From Diplonema japonicum (taxonomy: Eukaryota > Protista > Euglenozoa: Diplonemea), in NCBI GenBank assembly GCA_964019335.1, contig OZ025651.1:916514-980513 (forward strand): DNA of 64,000 bases, in the 5' to 3' direction. Of the stretch, positions 22,714 to 34,038 are shown in pieces; position 1 is the first letter of the stretch, and each line of letters begins with the position of its first letter. Under the pieces are notes generated by a model. The model worked only from the letters and a program-made list of their open reading frames with translations, did not search any database and was not told where the DNA came from. The translations under genes and the position numbers were made by a program.

Positions 22714-23844
22714 ATGACTCCGAGCATGAGCACGCCTCCCACAAGAAGCATGATGGGCTCGAAACTGAGTAATGTTCCCGCAGCAGCGAGGCACGCGCAC
22801 AACACCAACAACAACAACCCCGCAAGGGGTGGCAAGACACTTCGCATCAAGGACCCAGCGGCTAAGGGCAACGTGATGTACGACGTACCATTGGAGCTGA
22901 TCGAGCTCACACACGGGTCCAGGGAACACTGGATGGCGATGAATGGCGGGGACAGGAAACCCTCACACAGAGCTTGCCTGTGCAAGCTGTTCCTGGACAA
23001 CAGGTGCGGACAAGGTGAAAAATGCAAATCGCTCCATGTCAACGTGGAATTCGTGCAGAAAAGCCGCCAGCAACGCGGCGTCGTGATCGACGACCAGTTC
23101 ATGAACGAGGTGGTGGTGGTCACCAAGGAACAAATCGTCTTTGCTGTTCGATTCCCAGCAGTTCTCCGAACAAAGGGTCTTGATTACTACAAGCGTGCAT
23201 GCAAGCAAACCGAAAGCATCACGCCCTTCCCACTATGCAGCGAACACAACCCGGGACTTGGTATGACAGGAGTGTGCAAAGCCGATAGAAACTGCGATAA
23301 AATCCATGTTAAACACGCTGAGCTCAAGGATCTCAACGAATGCCGCTTGCGGACACCTTGCTGCGGCCTCCACGGCGACGGTGCCATGCCCAACGGCAGT
23401 GTTGCAGTTCTTGTCGGCGAGAAGATGTTTCAGGTGCCAATGAAACACCTTTCATACACATCTTTGCAGTTGTGCAAACCTGTTTTCGGGCCTAACGATG
23501 TGTGCTCGTTGCACATCAGATCCAGGTGTAAGTATGGCAGGTCCTGCGGTAAGATGCATGTTTGCAGGAAATTTGCGGACGACAAGGGTTTCCTTGAGGC
23601 TGTGGAGAGGTCGCAGGGAGTTTCCGTTACACCTCCGCGGAGCCCGAAGCAGGAGTCGCTTAACTCTGCGATGTCTACTCCCAGGAGGGAGGAGCTTTAC
23701 GACTCGCGTCCTTGTGATTTTACACTGCTTGAGGAGTGTCCGCCCCCGCTGGTGGAGGAGGATGAGTCCGATATCTTGCAAACGTTGCTGACAGACGACT
23801 TCCAGTTGCCTGAATGGAACCAAGATTCGCCCTATCAGTTGTAG
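22714..23844 (+). CDS. Multi-CCCH zinc-finger RNA-binding protein
   Basis: CKLFLDNRCGQGEKCKSLH, C..C..CDKIH, CSLHIRSRCKYGRSCGKMHVC. Confidence 0.85.
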   Translation: MTPSMSTPPTRSMMGSKLSNVPAAARHAHNTNNNNPARGGKTLRIKDPAAKGNVMYDVPLELIELTHGSREHWMAMNGGDRKPSHRACLCKLFLDNRCGQGEKCKSLHVNVEFVQKSRQQRGVVIDDQFMNEVVVVTKEQIVFAVRFPAVLRTKGLDYYKRACKQTESITPFPLCSEHNPGLGMTGVCKADRNCDKIHVKHAELKDLNECRLRTPCCGLHGDGAMPNGSVAVLVGEKMFQVPMKHLSYTSLQLCKPVFGPNDVCSLHIRSRCKYGRSCGKMHVCRKFADDKGFLEAVERSQGVSVTPPRSPKQESLNSAMSTPRREELYDSRPCDFTLLEECPPPLVEEDESDILQTLLTDDFQLPEWNQDSPYQL

Positions 23845-25573
23845 AGACTGGATTGAAATCGTGCTTCTTTCACTCAATTTTTTTAAGAATTTAGCGGTGT
23901 GCTCAATTTTTTTTAAGGGGGTTACTGGGTAAACTAATCTATCATTCAAAAAAATGACAAAACCCGGCTCGTCCGCCTCCACGGAGGCGCCGCCCGGGGG
24001 CTTCGGCCGCGAAGAGGCGAGCGAGAAGGGGTGGGCACTTCAAGTGCGCAGGTGGTACGACGGGCAGGTGAGGAGCTTTGGCTTCCTAAATTCGTGCCGA
24101 CCTACCTCGAACCAACCCGAAGAATTCCCACCCCATCTGCCGATAAGAATGCAGCGACGCAGAAGGGAAACAACACAAGATAGACCCACCACCACGCTGC
24201 ACACCAAATAGTGTTGCAACCAAAGCCCCATTTTTTTTCCTTCTTTTTTAGAATGGGGAAGGGGAGGGGGAAAAAAAAAGAAGAAAAAAGAGGAGGGAAA
24301 AAAAAGAAAAAAGAAAGTGCGGGGTAGTATAAAGTTTTTTTGGAGCAAAAAAAAAAAGTAGAAATAAATAAGCAAACGGAACCAATAGAGAATACAAAGG
24401 CAGAGTGAAAACTTACAGATAAAATAGGGGGGAGGAGAACCCCGAACAAATTACGATTAGGTGTGGGATGGCGGGGTAGAACACACGAACAAATAAATAG
24501 ATTGCAAAATAAAGAGAATAGTTCAAAGTTTTACGTGTTTTCCCCCCCTCTGTTCTTCCCCTTTCTTTGGGTTGGTTACAAAGAGAATCAAAATGAAAAA
24601 AAAAATAAAAATGACATAATAGTTTTCAAAATTCCTAGTTCCCTATTTTCTTAAGAAGATTTTTTCTCTCGGCCTTCTCGAGCCTTGCTTCCCCCCGCCT
24701 TTGCTTTTCTCCCCCTTTTTTTTTCTTCTTCTTGTTTCCCCCCCTTTTCCCTCGTTTACTTCCCTCGCATCCCCTTTTCCCTTTTAAATTGTTCATCCGC
24801 CCACCTATCTTGGACTCAACAATATTTTTTCAACGATTTTTTTTTTTCAAGTTGTAGTTACTTACTTCATTGTTTTAAACATTCTTTCAGAAGACGAGAA
24901 AAAAAGAAAAAAAAAAAAAAAGTAAAAAAAGGAAATGATAGTTTTCCTTTTTTTTTTTTCCCCTCTTCTCCGTTCCCCTTCGAGTTCCCACTTTTTTTGA
25001 AAAAAAAAAAAAAAAAAAAAAAGCCACTGAAAAAAACGCACGATGGAAGCCCCCACCTCATCCATCAATTTTTCTTGTTCTTCTCCCTTTTTTAATTGAG
25101 AGAGACATCGAATTATAAAAGGGAGGGGGGAAAAGAGATTGGAGGAGGTAAAGCAGGCAAACAAAGGGAAGATTCCCAAAAGGAAAAAAAAAAAAAAAGG
25201 AGTCTTCTTGTCATAGTATTGTTTGAGGGTGTGCTATATTGTTTTTTTTTCTTCTTCTTCAAGAACGAAGAAATAAAACCTAACCTCTTAGTTTTTTTTT
25301 AAAGAAAATAAAAAAAAGTAATTCCATCTTCATTCTGGCTTCCTCTTTGTCACCTCTTTGTTTTTTTCTTTTTTCCCCTTTAGAAAAAGAAAGAGCAAAG
25401 GGGGGGGGGAGAAAACAAAAATATGAAGAAATAAAGAAAGAACCCATTCCGGGGTCTACTCCTGATTGGTACCTTTAAACTTTTTTTTCACGATTTTTTT
25501 TTCTTTTTTACCCAACTTCGATTTTCTTGTGAAAGTACCGAAGGCCTTCAACTTTGTACCTCCGTGGCGCAGC

Positions 25574-25611
<38 letters not shown>

Positions 25612-26822
25612 CGGCAAGTCTGCTGCTTTGTGTGTCTTTCTTTTCAAACTCAAAAAGAAAGAGTTAGTGAGTTAGCTGTTTGCCCTCTTCTCTCATTCCT
25701 ACCGCCCCCCCCCTCTCACTTTCCCTGATTTTCTTAATCTTGGAGCTGACGGATTGCTAACACTTCTGAATAAAAACACAAAAAAAAAAGCCCTCCCATC
25801 CCTTGGTGTTTCAATAGCGGTGTGCCCCTGATCAAGGGGTACATGTGCGTTGCAATTAACACTATAAAAATAAAAAATAAAAAATAAAAAAACCCAGGGT
25901 AGAAGGGAGACAAAAAAAGAAAAGAAAATGAAAAAAAAGAAAGTCCCGCTTCTCTTTTCTTTTATGGTATCACCTTCCTCCCGATAACCATTGCAATATT
26001 AAAAAAAAAAAAAGAAAATGGTTAATAAAAGAATGGGATGCAAAGGTATTATTATCTCAGTTCAAAAACAAAAAAAAAAGGGATGTTTTTCATAGCATTT
26101 TTTTAAAAAAAAATCACCCTAACCTCTGATTTATTTTTTGATTTATTTTTCCCAATTTATTTTTTCTTATTTTTTTTTCATAGCGCCCAGCTAGGTGCAA
26201 TAAAGGCTTGGCAAAAAAAAATTTTTTTTTAACCCAATCCTCTTCTCCTCCCATGTTTTTATATTTTCTTTTTCTCCAATATTTCTTCATTCCACTGACT
26301 TTAGTTTTCCCCCCTCTCCTTTTTTTTTCCTTCTCTTTCGCTCCTTCTTTTTTTTTCTCTTTCCCCAGCTTTTTCCTTTTTTAAAAAAAGAGGAAATTAA
26401 GAAGAGAACAAAAAATAAAGACACAGACCTTCTGGTCTTTTTTTCCCCCCCCTTCTTAGTTAAGTGCCGGTGGGGGGAAAAAAAGGCAGAAAGAAGGGAA
26501 GGAAGAAAAAAAAAAGAAAGGAAAACATGATTATTCCCTCCAGCTCGTCCCTCATTTCCCCTGTACCGATGGACGTAACTCTCTCCCTTAGGTTTTTTTT
26601 TTTTTTTTTTATAGTTTTTTTTTCTGAAAAAATTTTTTTCCCGTCGAGGAGAAGGAGAAAGAAAAAGAAAAAGAAAAACCTCGTCCATAGGTTGCGAATT
26701 TCCTTTATTTCTTTTATATTTTTTTATGCTTCCCCCATGTTTTTTTCTTTTCTTCTTGAAGTAGTATCAATCTTGGCACGTCAACCATCTACAGGCAAAA
26801 AAAAAAAAAGAAAAAAAAAAGA

Positions 26823-27943
26823 ATGCTCCCAGGTTACACCCCTCCTTATGCGGGAGGGCCTGCCCCTCCATTACCGCCCATTGGAATGCCGATGGGGATG
26901 CCAGTGCCTCCAATGCCAATGCAGGCCTCACCCGACCCCACGAGGTCTCAGACAGGAGTTTATGTAGGTAATCTAGACCCGAGCATTACGGAATCATATC
27001 TACAAATGGTGTTCGGGCAGTGCGGGACTGTGAAGAAGGCCATAGTTTGTGGCCCGGAAGTGGGCACACATAAGTACGGTATGCCCACCCAAAAAAAAAG
27101 AAGAAAGGAAAAAAAAAGGTTTCGTAGATTTTGACACACCCATTGCGCAATCCAAAGCACTGCAAATGAACGGCACCCTTCTTGCAGGCCGCGCAGTCAA
27201 GGTCGGCCCTGCACGGGGCACAGGAGCTACCACATCGTCTCGGCAGACCACAGCAGGGTCCGCCCCCACTGCTCCCGGTGCGAAGCCCGCTGGCATCTAT
27301 GTTGGTAATGTGCAAAGCACCACCACTGCTGAGCAGCTCAAGGCCTTCTTTTCACAAGTGGGCATCGTTACAAGCGCAGCGATGTGCGGACCACTAGGTG
27401 GTGAGTTTAGATATGGTGTGTGAGTGGAAGGAAGGAAACACATGTACACGCACAGGTTTCGTAGACTTCTTAACAGCGGAGGACAAGGAGAGGGCCATGC
27501 TCCTCGACGGACGGGAGCTTAACGGTAAGCCCGTTAAAATAGGGCTCCCAAAAGGGACCGGGGCACAGCCCACCCCGAAGCCACCCATGGCGCTGACACC
27601 CGTTCAGGTCCACACCCAGTACTCCCAGATGCTTGCTGCGCAACAGCAGAACTACAGAGCCATAGCAGGCGAGCCGGCTCTTGCACCGACGTCTGCGGCA
27701 GCTGCAGCAGTTTCTAGCAGCGAGTCTAGCGAGACCCGACGAGATCGAAGAAGAAAGCGAAGGAGAAAAAGGCGATCGCCGTCATTTAGTAGCAGCAGCA
27801 GCGAGAGCGACAGCCGATACAGAAGAAAACGTGACCGGGACAGGAGACGGGACAGAGACAGAGATAGGGACAGAGATAGGGACAGAGATAGGGATAGGGA
27901 CAGGGATAGGCACCGTGATGACCGACGATCCCGCAGATCTTAG
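26823..27943 (+). CDS. Two-RRM protein with RS/RD-rich tail (splicing-factor-like); 2 introns
   Basis: RNP2 VYVGNL/IYVGNV; RNP1 YGFVDF restored twice by introns 27079-27118 and 27416-27455; (RD)n tail. Confidence 0.9.
27829..27910 (+). repeat. Hexamer/12-mer tandem repeat encoding the RD dipeptide tract
   Basis: (GACAGAGATAGG)n-type units visible directly. Confidence 0.9.
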
Positions 27944-28027
27944 AAAAGTAGGAACGATTAGACTAGGAGAGTATTTTTATTCAACTCATGGGAGGAGTAC
28001 TTCTTTTTTTTTATAAACCCCCCACAG

Positions 28028-31000
28028 ATGCAGTTGGTGACGAAGGTCACGATGAAGCGTACCTTGGAGGAGAACGGACCGCTCTGCGAGTGCCAAGCGC
28101 CAGCTGTGCAGCGCACGGTGGTGAAGGACGGGCAGAACAAGGGGAGGATCTTTTGGACGTGTGGGACACGGACGTGCAAGCACTTTGCATGGGACGACAT
28201 GCCAGGGCCCAAGGGGGCGAGGGGCGGGGCCGGGGGTGCAGGTGGGGACACCAGAGGGTTCGGCGGCACCGTAAGAAACGCACAAAACGCGGTCATCACA
28301 AGAAACCCAGCTTGCCAAAAGCAGCCTATTGACATCCAGGTCGTGGGCTATGGCGCACTCATGAAAGACCTTGATGTCCCCTCACCCGCCTTGCAGGTGT
28401 CCTTCCCGAGAGAAGGAACCGACGACCTGGTCAAAGCGCTGACCGACATCCAAGGCGTGACGCCACTGCACATCGACACAGAGCAGGGCATCCGCTTGTA
28501 CAGAGAACAGGACTACAACGCCATCTCAGAGGTATTCAGGAAGCACCCTCAATACGACGTACTCCACCCGCCTGCCTCCGTCTTCAACGCAGTGATCACC
28601 GAGATGCACAGGAAGCGTCCCGAGATGGAGTGGAGCGATTGCGACATACCTCTGTTGCTTCAGAAGAAACTGATGCCGTTTCAAAGAGAAGGTGTTGAGT
28701 ATGCAGTGAGGCGCGGGGGGAAGGTGCTCATAGGAGATGAGATGGGGTTGGGGAAGACGATACAAGCCATCGCATTGATGAGCTACTACAGGAAGGAGTG
28801 GCCTGCATTGGTGATCGTCCCATCGGGTTTGAAGTTCGTGTGGTATTCTGCAGTGCTGGCTGAGCTCCCGTATCTCAACCCGGACCTTGTCCAAGTGGTG
28901 GCGACCTCGAAGGAGGAGCTTCGTGGCATGCTGTGCATTATGTCCTACGACATCTGTTCGAGGAACGCCGATGCTGTCATGAAGAAAAGGTTCCGTGTTG
29001 TCTGCCTCGACGAAGCGCATTCCATAAAGAACGACAGGTCGCAACGTTTCAAGAACATCCGCCCCATCCTCCAAAACGCCGATCGTCTCGTCCTCCTAAC
29101 GGGCACACCGGCTTTAAACCGACCCATCGAACTTTACACCCAGGTCGAGTGCCTCCTAAAGCAAAGAAATCACATCTTCTGCAACAAGAAGGAATTCGGC
29201 CAACGGTACTGCGACTTGAAGACGTCCAGCTTCGGGATCGGTCTCGACTGGAAGGGACATGCTAATTTGCAGGAATTACAATACGTTTTGAGGTTGACAT
29301 GCATGATAAGAAGGGAGAAGGCAATGGTACTCCACGAGCTGCCCGAGAAGAGACGTGCGGAAGTGCACGTCACGATTAACGACAAGGAGATGAAGCTTAT
29401 GGACGCCAGTCTGAACAAGCTGAAGGACAGGTTCCGTTCGCTGGACGAGATAGCACTGGTGGACGAGGCGGCGGATGGGTTGGGGGCTCAAGCGAGTGGG
29501 AAAACCGTGCTGAAGAAAAATCAAGTAGTGCACCTTTTCAACGCCACATCAAAGGCGAAACAGCAGCCTGTGTGCGAGTACATCGAACAGAGCTACTCCA
29601 CTGGCGAAAAGGTGCTCGTCTTCGCACACCATATCGACATGCTGAATGCCATCGAGAGCTGTGTGGTGGGCATCTGCCGCAAGCACAACGCCGACCCGCA
29701 GCTCGTGAAGAACGACGGCATGTGGGACCATGTCCGCATCGACGGGAGCGTCGCCGCCCTTCGCAAGAAGGAACTCGCCGACCACTTCCAAGACAACAAA
29801 CAATGCAAATTCGCCATCCTGTCCATCCTGGCATGCGGCGTGGGTCTCACCTTCCACAGCAGCAGCACAGTTATCTTTGCCGAACTGTACTGGACTCCCG
29901 GACAGCTCGTGCAAGCTGAGGACCGCGTGCACCGTATCGGCCAGAAGGACCAGTGCAGCATCAAGTACATCCTTGCTCAGAATACCAGCGACGATTTACT
30001 GTGGCCTCTTCTCAACAGAAAGCTCGCCGTGTTAGGTGCCGCGCTGAACAAGAGGGACGAAGAGGGTGAGAACAAGGAGACATGGACTGAGGAGGTGAAG
30101 CAGTTCCACCGTCAAGCGGAGGGCAGGGTGCTGCCGGGCACAGAGACTGCCACTTCGTCATTCATGGACAAGAATACCAAGAAGCCCAAGACCGGTGCGA
30201 AGCAGCAACAAAGCTCCAACCCGTCCATGAAGCAGGGCACTCTTGCGGACTGGGGCGTCAAGCGTGATAGTCCGAATGAACAAACGCCTCCAGCTGCCCC
30301 CGCCTCCGCCCCTGCCCCGCTCGCAGTACCGCCTCTTCCTGTCCAACAGCAGCATCAAGCACCGGCATCAGCTCATGTGGCGTTTGCACCAACAGCGTTG
30401 CCCATGAACCGTCCTCAGACAGCACCCCCACCTTCAAAGCCGCAGGCTTTCGTTCCTTCTAACCGTCCTGTTGCTTTTGTACCGAACAACCCGCCCGTGC
30501 AGCCGTCCAAGCCGGTGCCCTTCGTACCGCCCTCCTCGATACCGGCCGCTTTTGTCCCTCATGTCCCTCAGTCGAACAAGCCGCAGCCCTTCGCCCCCAG
30601 CTCCAAGCCCGTCCCTTTCAGCCCCGCGGTTTCCACGCCAGTGCCCTTTGCAAGTGCTGCGTCTCTAAAGCCTGTGCCTTTTGTTCCTGCACCTCAGACA
30701 CCTCCTAGCATCAGTACGGGTGTGAGACCCTCGTCCAGCAATTCTGCCCCTGCGAACAACACCCCTACTTCTCTGGCTCATACCTCGGTCCCCTCTCCTT
30801 GTCCCATGTCAGGGTCCGAAACGAGCCCACAAAAGAGGCGAAGGAGATTCACGCTGCTTGCCGGCTCGCCTCAGCCGGGTAATCCCGCACCTCCCGTGCC
30901 TGTGCCTGCGCCTGCGCCTGTGCATGCACCGGCGTGTACTGATGTGTCACCATCAGTTCCTATGCCACGGGCTGCTGCTTCTGCGCCACCTGTATCCAAG

Positions 31001-31420
31001 CCTGTGCCTTTTACCCCCGCACTGGCAGGTAACACCGTATCCCAATCTACTGCTCCTGCAGTACCGGTGGTGCCTGTGCCAGTGCCTGCTTCAACTCATC
31101 GATCTGATCCCGTTCCTTTTGTTGCCCCTGCACTAATGAAAGCTACCGTAAGTAATCAACCTGTTCCAACCCCAGCTCGTGCTCTTGCGCCTCCGCCTGC
31201 CCCCGTTGCCCCTGCCGCTGTACCTGTTCAAGCAACACGTCAAGGACACTCTCCTGACTTTAACCCATATGTTGTATGCCATCACATCACCACTTTAAGC
31301 TACACACAGAACCTGCTCGAACGAACATCGCAGTCCACACTCACTACACCAAAGGCAGGTGGTGGCGACATGAAAGCTAAGCTCTTGGCCGTTGCGTTCA
31401 AAAAGAGGAAAACCACCTAA
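28028..31420 (+). CDS. SMARCAL1: SMARCAL1/ZRANB3-like SNF2 helicase with N-terminal GRF zinc finger and Pro-rich tail
   Basis: GDEMGLGKT, DEAH, LTGTPALNRPIEL, RIDG, ELYWTPG..QAEDRVHRIGQ; zf-GRF CEC..NKGRIFWTC..CKHFAW; probable in-frame intron 31274-31309. Confidence 0.88.
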   Translation: MQLVTKVTMKRTLEENGPLCECQAPAVQRTVVKDGQNKGRIFWTCGTRTCKHFAWDDMPGPKGARGGAGGAGGDTRGFGGTVRNAQNAVITRNPACQKQPIDIQVVGYGALMKDLDVPSPALQVSFPREGTDDLVKALTDIQGVTPLHIDTEQGIRLYREQDYNAISEVFRKHPQYDVLHPPASVFNAVITEMHRKRPEMEWSDCDIPLLLQKKLMPFQREGVEYAVRRGGKVLIGDEMGLGKTIQAIALMSYYRKEWPALVIVPSGLKFVWYSAVLAELPYLNPDLVQVVATSKEELRGMLCIMSYDICSRNADAVMKKRFRVVCLDEAHSIKNDRSQRFKNIRPILQNADRLVLLTGTPALNRPIELYTQVECLLKQRNHIFCNKKEFGQRYCDLKTSSFGIGLDWKGHANLQELQYVLRLTCMIRREKAMVLHELPEKRRAEVHVTINDKEMKLMDASLNKLKDRFRSLDEIALVDEAADGLGAQASGKTVLKKNQVVHLFNATSKAKQQPVCEYIEQSYSTGEKVLVFAHHIDMLNAIESCVVGICRKHNADPQLVKNDGMWDHVRIDGSVAALRKKELADHFQDNKQCKFAILSILACGVGLTFHSSSTVIFAELYWTPGQLVQAEDRVHRIGQKDQCSIKYILAQNTSDDLLWPLLNRKLAVLGAALNKRDEEGENKETWTEEVKQFHRQAEGRVLPGTETATSSFMDKNTKKPKTGAKQQQSSNPSMKQGTLADWGVKRDSPNEQTPPAAPASAPAPLAVPPLPVQQQHQAPASAHVAFAPTALPMNRPQTAPPPSKPQAFVPSNRPVAFVPNNPPVQPSKPVPFVPPSSIPAAFVPHVPQSNKPQPFAPSSKPVPFSPAVSTPVPFASAASLKPVPFVPAPQTPPSISTGVRPSSSNSAPANNTPTSLAHTSVPSPCPMSGSETSPQKRRRRFTLLAGSPQPGNPAPPVPVPAPAPVHAPACTDVSPSVPMPRAAASAPPVSKPVPFTPALAGNTVSQSTAPAVPVVPVPVPASTHRSDPVPFVAPALMKATVSNQPVPTPARALAPPPAPVAPAAVPVQATRQGHSPDFNPYVVCHHITTLSYTQNLLERTSQSTLTTPKAGGGDMKAKLLAVAFKKRKTT

Positions 31421-31619
31421 CATACTAGATACTCTTAGTACTACGTACTAAAGCTTTTTTTTCTTCTTTTTCTCCCCCCCCTTTCTTTTTTTTTCTTCCC
31501 CCTTCCCCCCATCCGCTTTCATCCATTTTTCTTCTTCATATTTTTTCTTCTTTTTTTCCCCCGTTGTCGAAAAATGTTTGTTAAAGGTTATCATTGGTAA
31601 GTCCGTGAATCATAGCTGC

Positions 31620-32020
31620 GATCTGATGTCCGGCGCCCAGAGTTGCGCTGTAGCTACTGGCTACTGTTCGTCCGCATATTTGACATGTAAGTCCATATTA
31701 GACAACAACAAAAAAGAGTGAGAAATGAAAGTGCCAAGACAAGAACTATCCTCGTCTTTACAGCAGCTGCAGTCCCTTGTTGACGCCTAGGGGGGGCTGG
31801 CGCAAACTTACAATATCGAGGTTGAGCACCTCCCTCCACCTAACTGAAGGCAGGGCGGCGAGGCATTAAGAACAAAATGGGAACAAAAAAAAAAAAAGAA
31901 ACGATTTGGAATTCTGTTTTCTTCTTTCATTTCTTATACTAAGTTTTTGACTTGTCTCAACAAAAGGGGGACCTTGGCAACGTGTTTACGGGTTTTTATA
32001 AACTTCTTCGGGTTTCTACC
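31620..32020 (+). mobile_element. Highly degenerate LINE reverse transcriptase, domains 4-7
   Basis: SGAQSCAVA/LLFVRIFD (QG motif region), LSSSLQQLQSLVDA*GGLAQTYNIEV (post-YADD helix), FYKLLRV (FKYLG-like). The YADD motif itself is not intact. Confidence 0.45.
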
Positions 32021-32449
32021 CGGCACGTACAAACAACAGCCAGTTCCTCTTTTCTTTTTCTTTTTCTACCAACGAGAGGTGAACGAATTCACCATCCTCG
32101 GGCTGTATTCATATTCATCTCCCTTTCCTTAAAGAACTCTTTTGCTAACTCTTACCTGGTCCTTCTCTTATTTTTTTTTTGTTTCCGAACAGGTGCGCGT
32201 TTTCAAGGCATTTGAATGGACAAAGCGAGAAAGAGCGACGAAGGAGAGGAAGGTGGAAAGCAGAAGACTTATTTTCTAACTTTATTATTTTTTATTCAAG
32301 TGAAGCTTGCAGCAAGGAGCTTGCTACATTGAGATCAAGTGTCTAAAAAAACTGTACCAAAACAAAAAGGGGGAAAGGAGGTGGGAGAGAAAAGAAACGA
32401 CAACGTGAGAAAAAAAAGAAAGAAAAAAAAAGGAAAAGCTGTGCACGCG

Positions 32450-33370
32450 ATGCCGGGGGGGTTCAAGAATTTCCTCGCCTCAGACAAGGGAGCGGAACGG
32501 CAGAGGAAGGCGGAGATAAAAAGCATGAAGAAGTCCCTGGAGTGCACGGGGTACCTGGAGAAGCCCAACACAGAGGTGACCGACCTGGGCAGCACAAAGG
32601 CGGCTGGATGCGTAGGCCATGCAGCTACGATGCAAGGGTGGAGGTTGAAGAACGAGGACGCTCAGGTTCTGGAAGCAGACGAGGACAGGCTGCTGGCAGG
32701 GATGTACGACGGGCACGGCGGCGACATGGCCGCAAAATACCTAAAGGACCACCTAGCAGAAGCGATGAAGGGAAAGAAAGACACTGCCGAGATCCAAGAC
32801 ACCTTTGCAGAGGTAGACAGCAGAATGCGAAAGACAGGACAAGACTTAGGCTCCACAGGCGCAACCTGCAATTTTGTAATCGTAGAAAGCGACAGAATAT
32901 TATGTGCAAACACAGGAGACTGCAGGGCGGTGCTGTGCAGAGGGACCGGGGCCATTGCGCTTTCGAAAGATCATCAGCCTGATGATGAAGGTGAACGGGA
33001 ACGGGTGGAAAAAGCAGGCTTGACAGTAGCCAAGGGTCGGATCGATGGGATGCTGAATGTGAGCCGTGCCTTTGGTGACTTTGATTTCAAAGACGAAGCA
33101 CGCCCTGCCTCAGAACAGGCAGTCTCTCCTTGCTGCGATGTCACCTCTACCCCCAGGTCACCATCTGACTCCTTTATCCTTCAAGCTTGTGACGGTATTT
33201 GGGGTGTGCTCACCGACGAGCAAGCATGCAGTTTTGTCTCTAACCTCCACCCCGCTACGTCCCCACAGGGGATCATTGCCCAGCTGTGCCAGAAATGCCT
33301 CACTACCGAAGACCCTGGCGGGCCAGGGAGTGATAACATGTCGGTAAATTTAATATTCTTTGATAACTGA
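32450..33370 (+). CDS. Protein phosphatase 2C (PPM family)
   Basis: MQGWR..NED, YDGHGG, ANTGDCRAVL, SKDH, SRAFGD, ACDGIW, DNMS. Confidence 0.95.
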   Translation: MPGGFKNFLASDKGAERQRKAEIKSMKKSLECTGYLEKPNTEVTDLGSTKAAGCVGHAATMQGWRLKNEDAQVLEADEDRLLAGMYDGHGGDMAAKYLKDHLAEAMKGKKDTAEIQDTFAEVDSRMRKTGQDLGSTGATCNFVIVESDRILCANTGDCRAVLCRGTGAIALSKDHQPDDEGERERVEKAGLTVAKGRIDGMLNVSRAFGDFDFKDEARPASEQAVSPCCDVTSTPRSPSDSFILQACDGIWGVLTDEQACSFVSNLHPATSPQGIIAQLCQKCLTTEDPGGPGSDNMSVNLIFFDN

Positions 33371-33432
33371 CAGTAAAAATAAACTTGTTTTTTATTACAC
33401 AGGTGCATGGGGGAGAAAAAAAAAAAGGTAAA

Positions 33433-34038
33433 CACTGTAAAACGAATAGTGTCGGACGGAAAAACTCCCGGACACCAAAAAAACCCGCACATTTTTCCGT
33501 CCGGGAGTTTTTCTGGGAAGATGTTTTTTTACTTAAGGGGGGTAGCAGCTCCCACCACGTTTGCCTGGAAGGGCTTTATTCCTTGTGCAGAGCCAAATTG
33601 TTTAAAACCTCTTCTGACCGAGGCAGAGGCCGCCAAGGTTTTTGCTTGACTAAAACGGGCTTGGCGAGCCTATGGGTTCGTAGAGTTGTTCGAAGGCACA
33701 AACGTGCACATTGCATTTGTCTCCCTGGGCTCACCTACATGGTTAAACCGATGGATATTGGGTTGAATGCTGTAAAGCATCTATTAAGAAAGGTTATAAA
33801 TAGTACCCGAAGGCTCGACAAGCTTATTGCCTCAGGGGCAGCAAGGGGCAGAAAGGGAACCCAGTGGTTCGGTGGGGGTTTCTTCGCGCGGTTGCCGTTT
33901 GCAGCCCAGGCCAGTATGTAAGTGGTAGTGGACCAGGCCCCCTGACGACCTTACAAAAAAAATTCCCGGACGGAAAAATTCCCGGACACCAAAAAAACTC
34001 GGACATTTTTCCGTCCGGGGGTTTTTCGTTTTACAGTA
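33433..34038 (+). mobile_element. Internally deleted pogo-family (DDE_1) DNA transposon
   Basis: TIR ACTGTAAAACGAA/TTCGTTTTACAGT; 51-bp subterminal repeats. Interior FVELFEGTNVHIAFV, frameshift, PGLTYMVKPMDIGLNAVKHLLRK matches the pogo PxxTxxxQPxD motif. Confidence 0.85.
33453..34017. repeat. Two 51-bp direct repeats (33453-33503, 33967-34017), each self-palindromic
   Basis: CGGACGGAAAAA..CCCGGACACCAAAAAAA..TTTTTCCGTCCG in both copies. Confidence 0.95.

Noticed and set aside
25821-25843. 9-bp hairpin TGTGCCCCT/AGGGGTACA as a Helitron end or terminator
   Set aside because: No CTRR terminus or partner 5' end; an isolated hairpin is expected by chance.
26116-26124. CCCTAA telomere-like hexamer
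   Set aside because: Single copy only.
24240-26800. Many F/K-rich ORFs in spacers (also 4000-4900, 14800-16000, 34500-35400, 40500-41200, 48150-49300)
   Set aside because: Translations of A/T/G/C homopolymer tracts.
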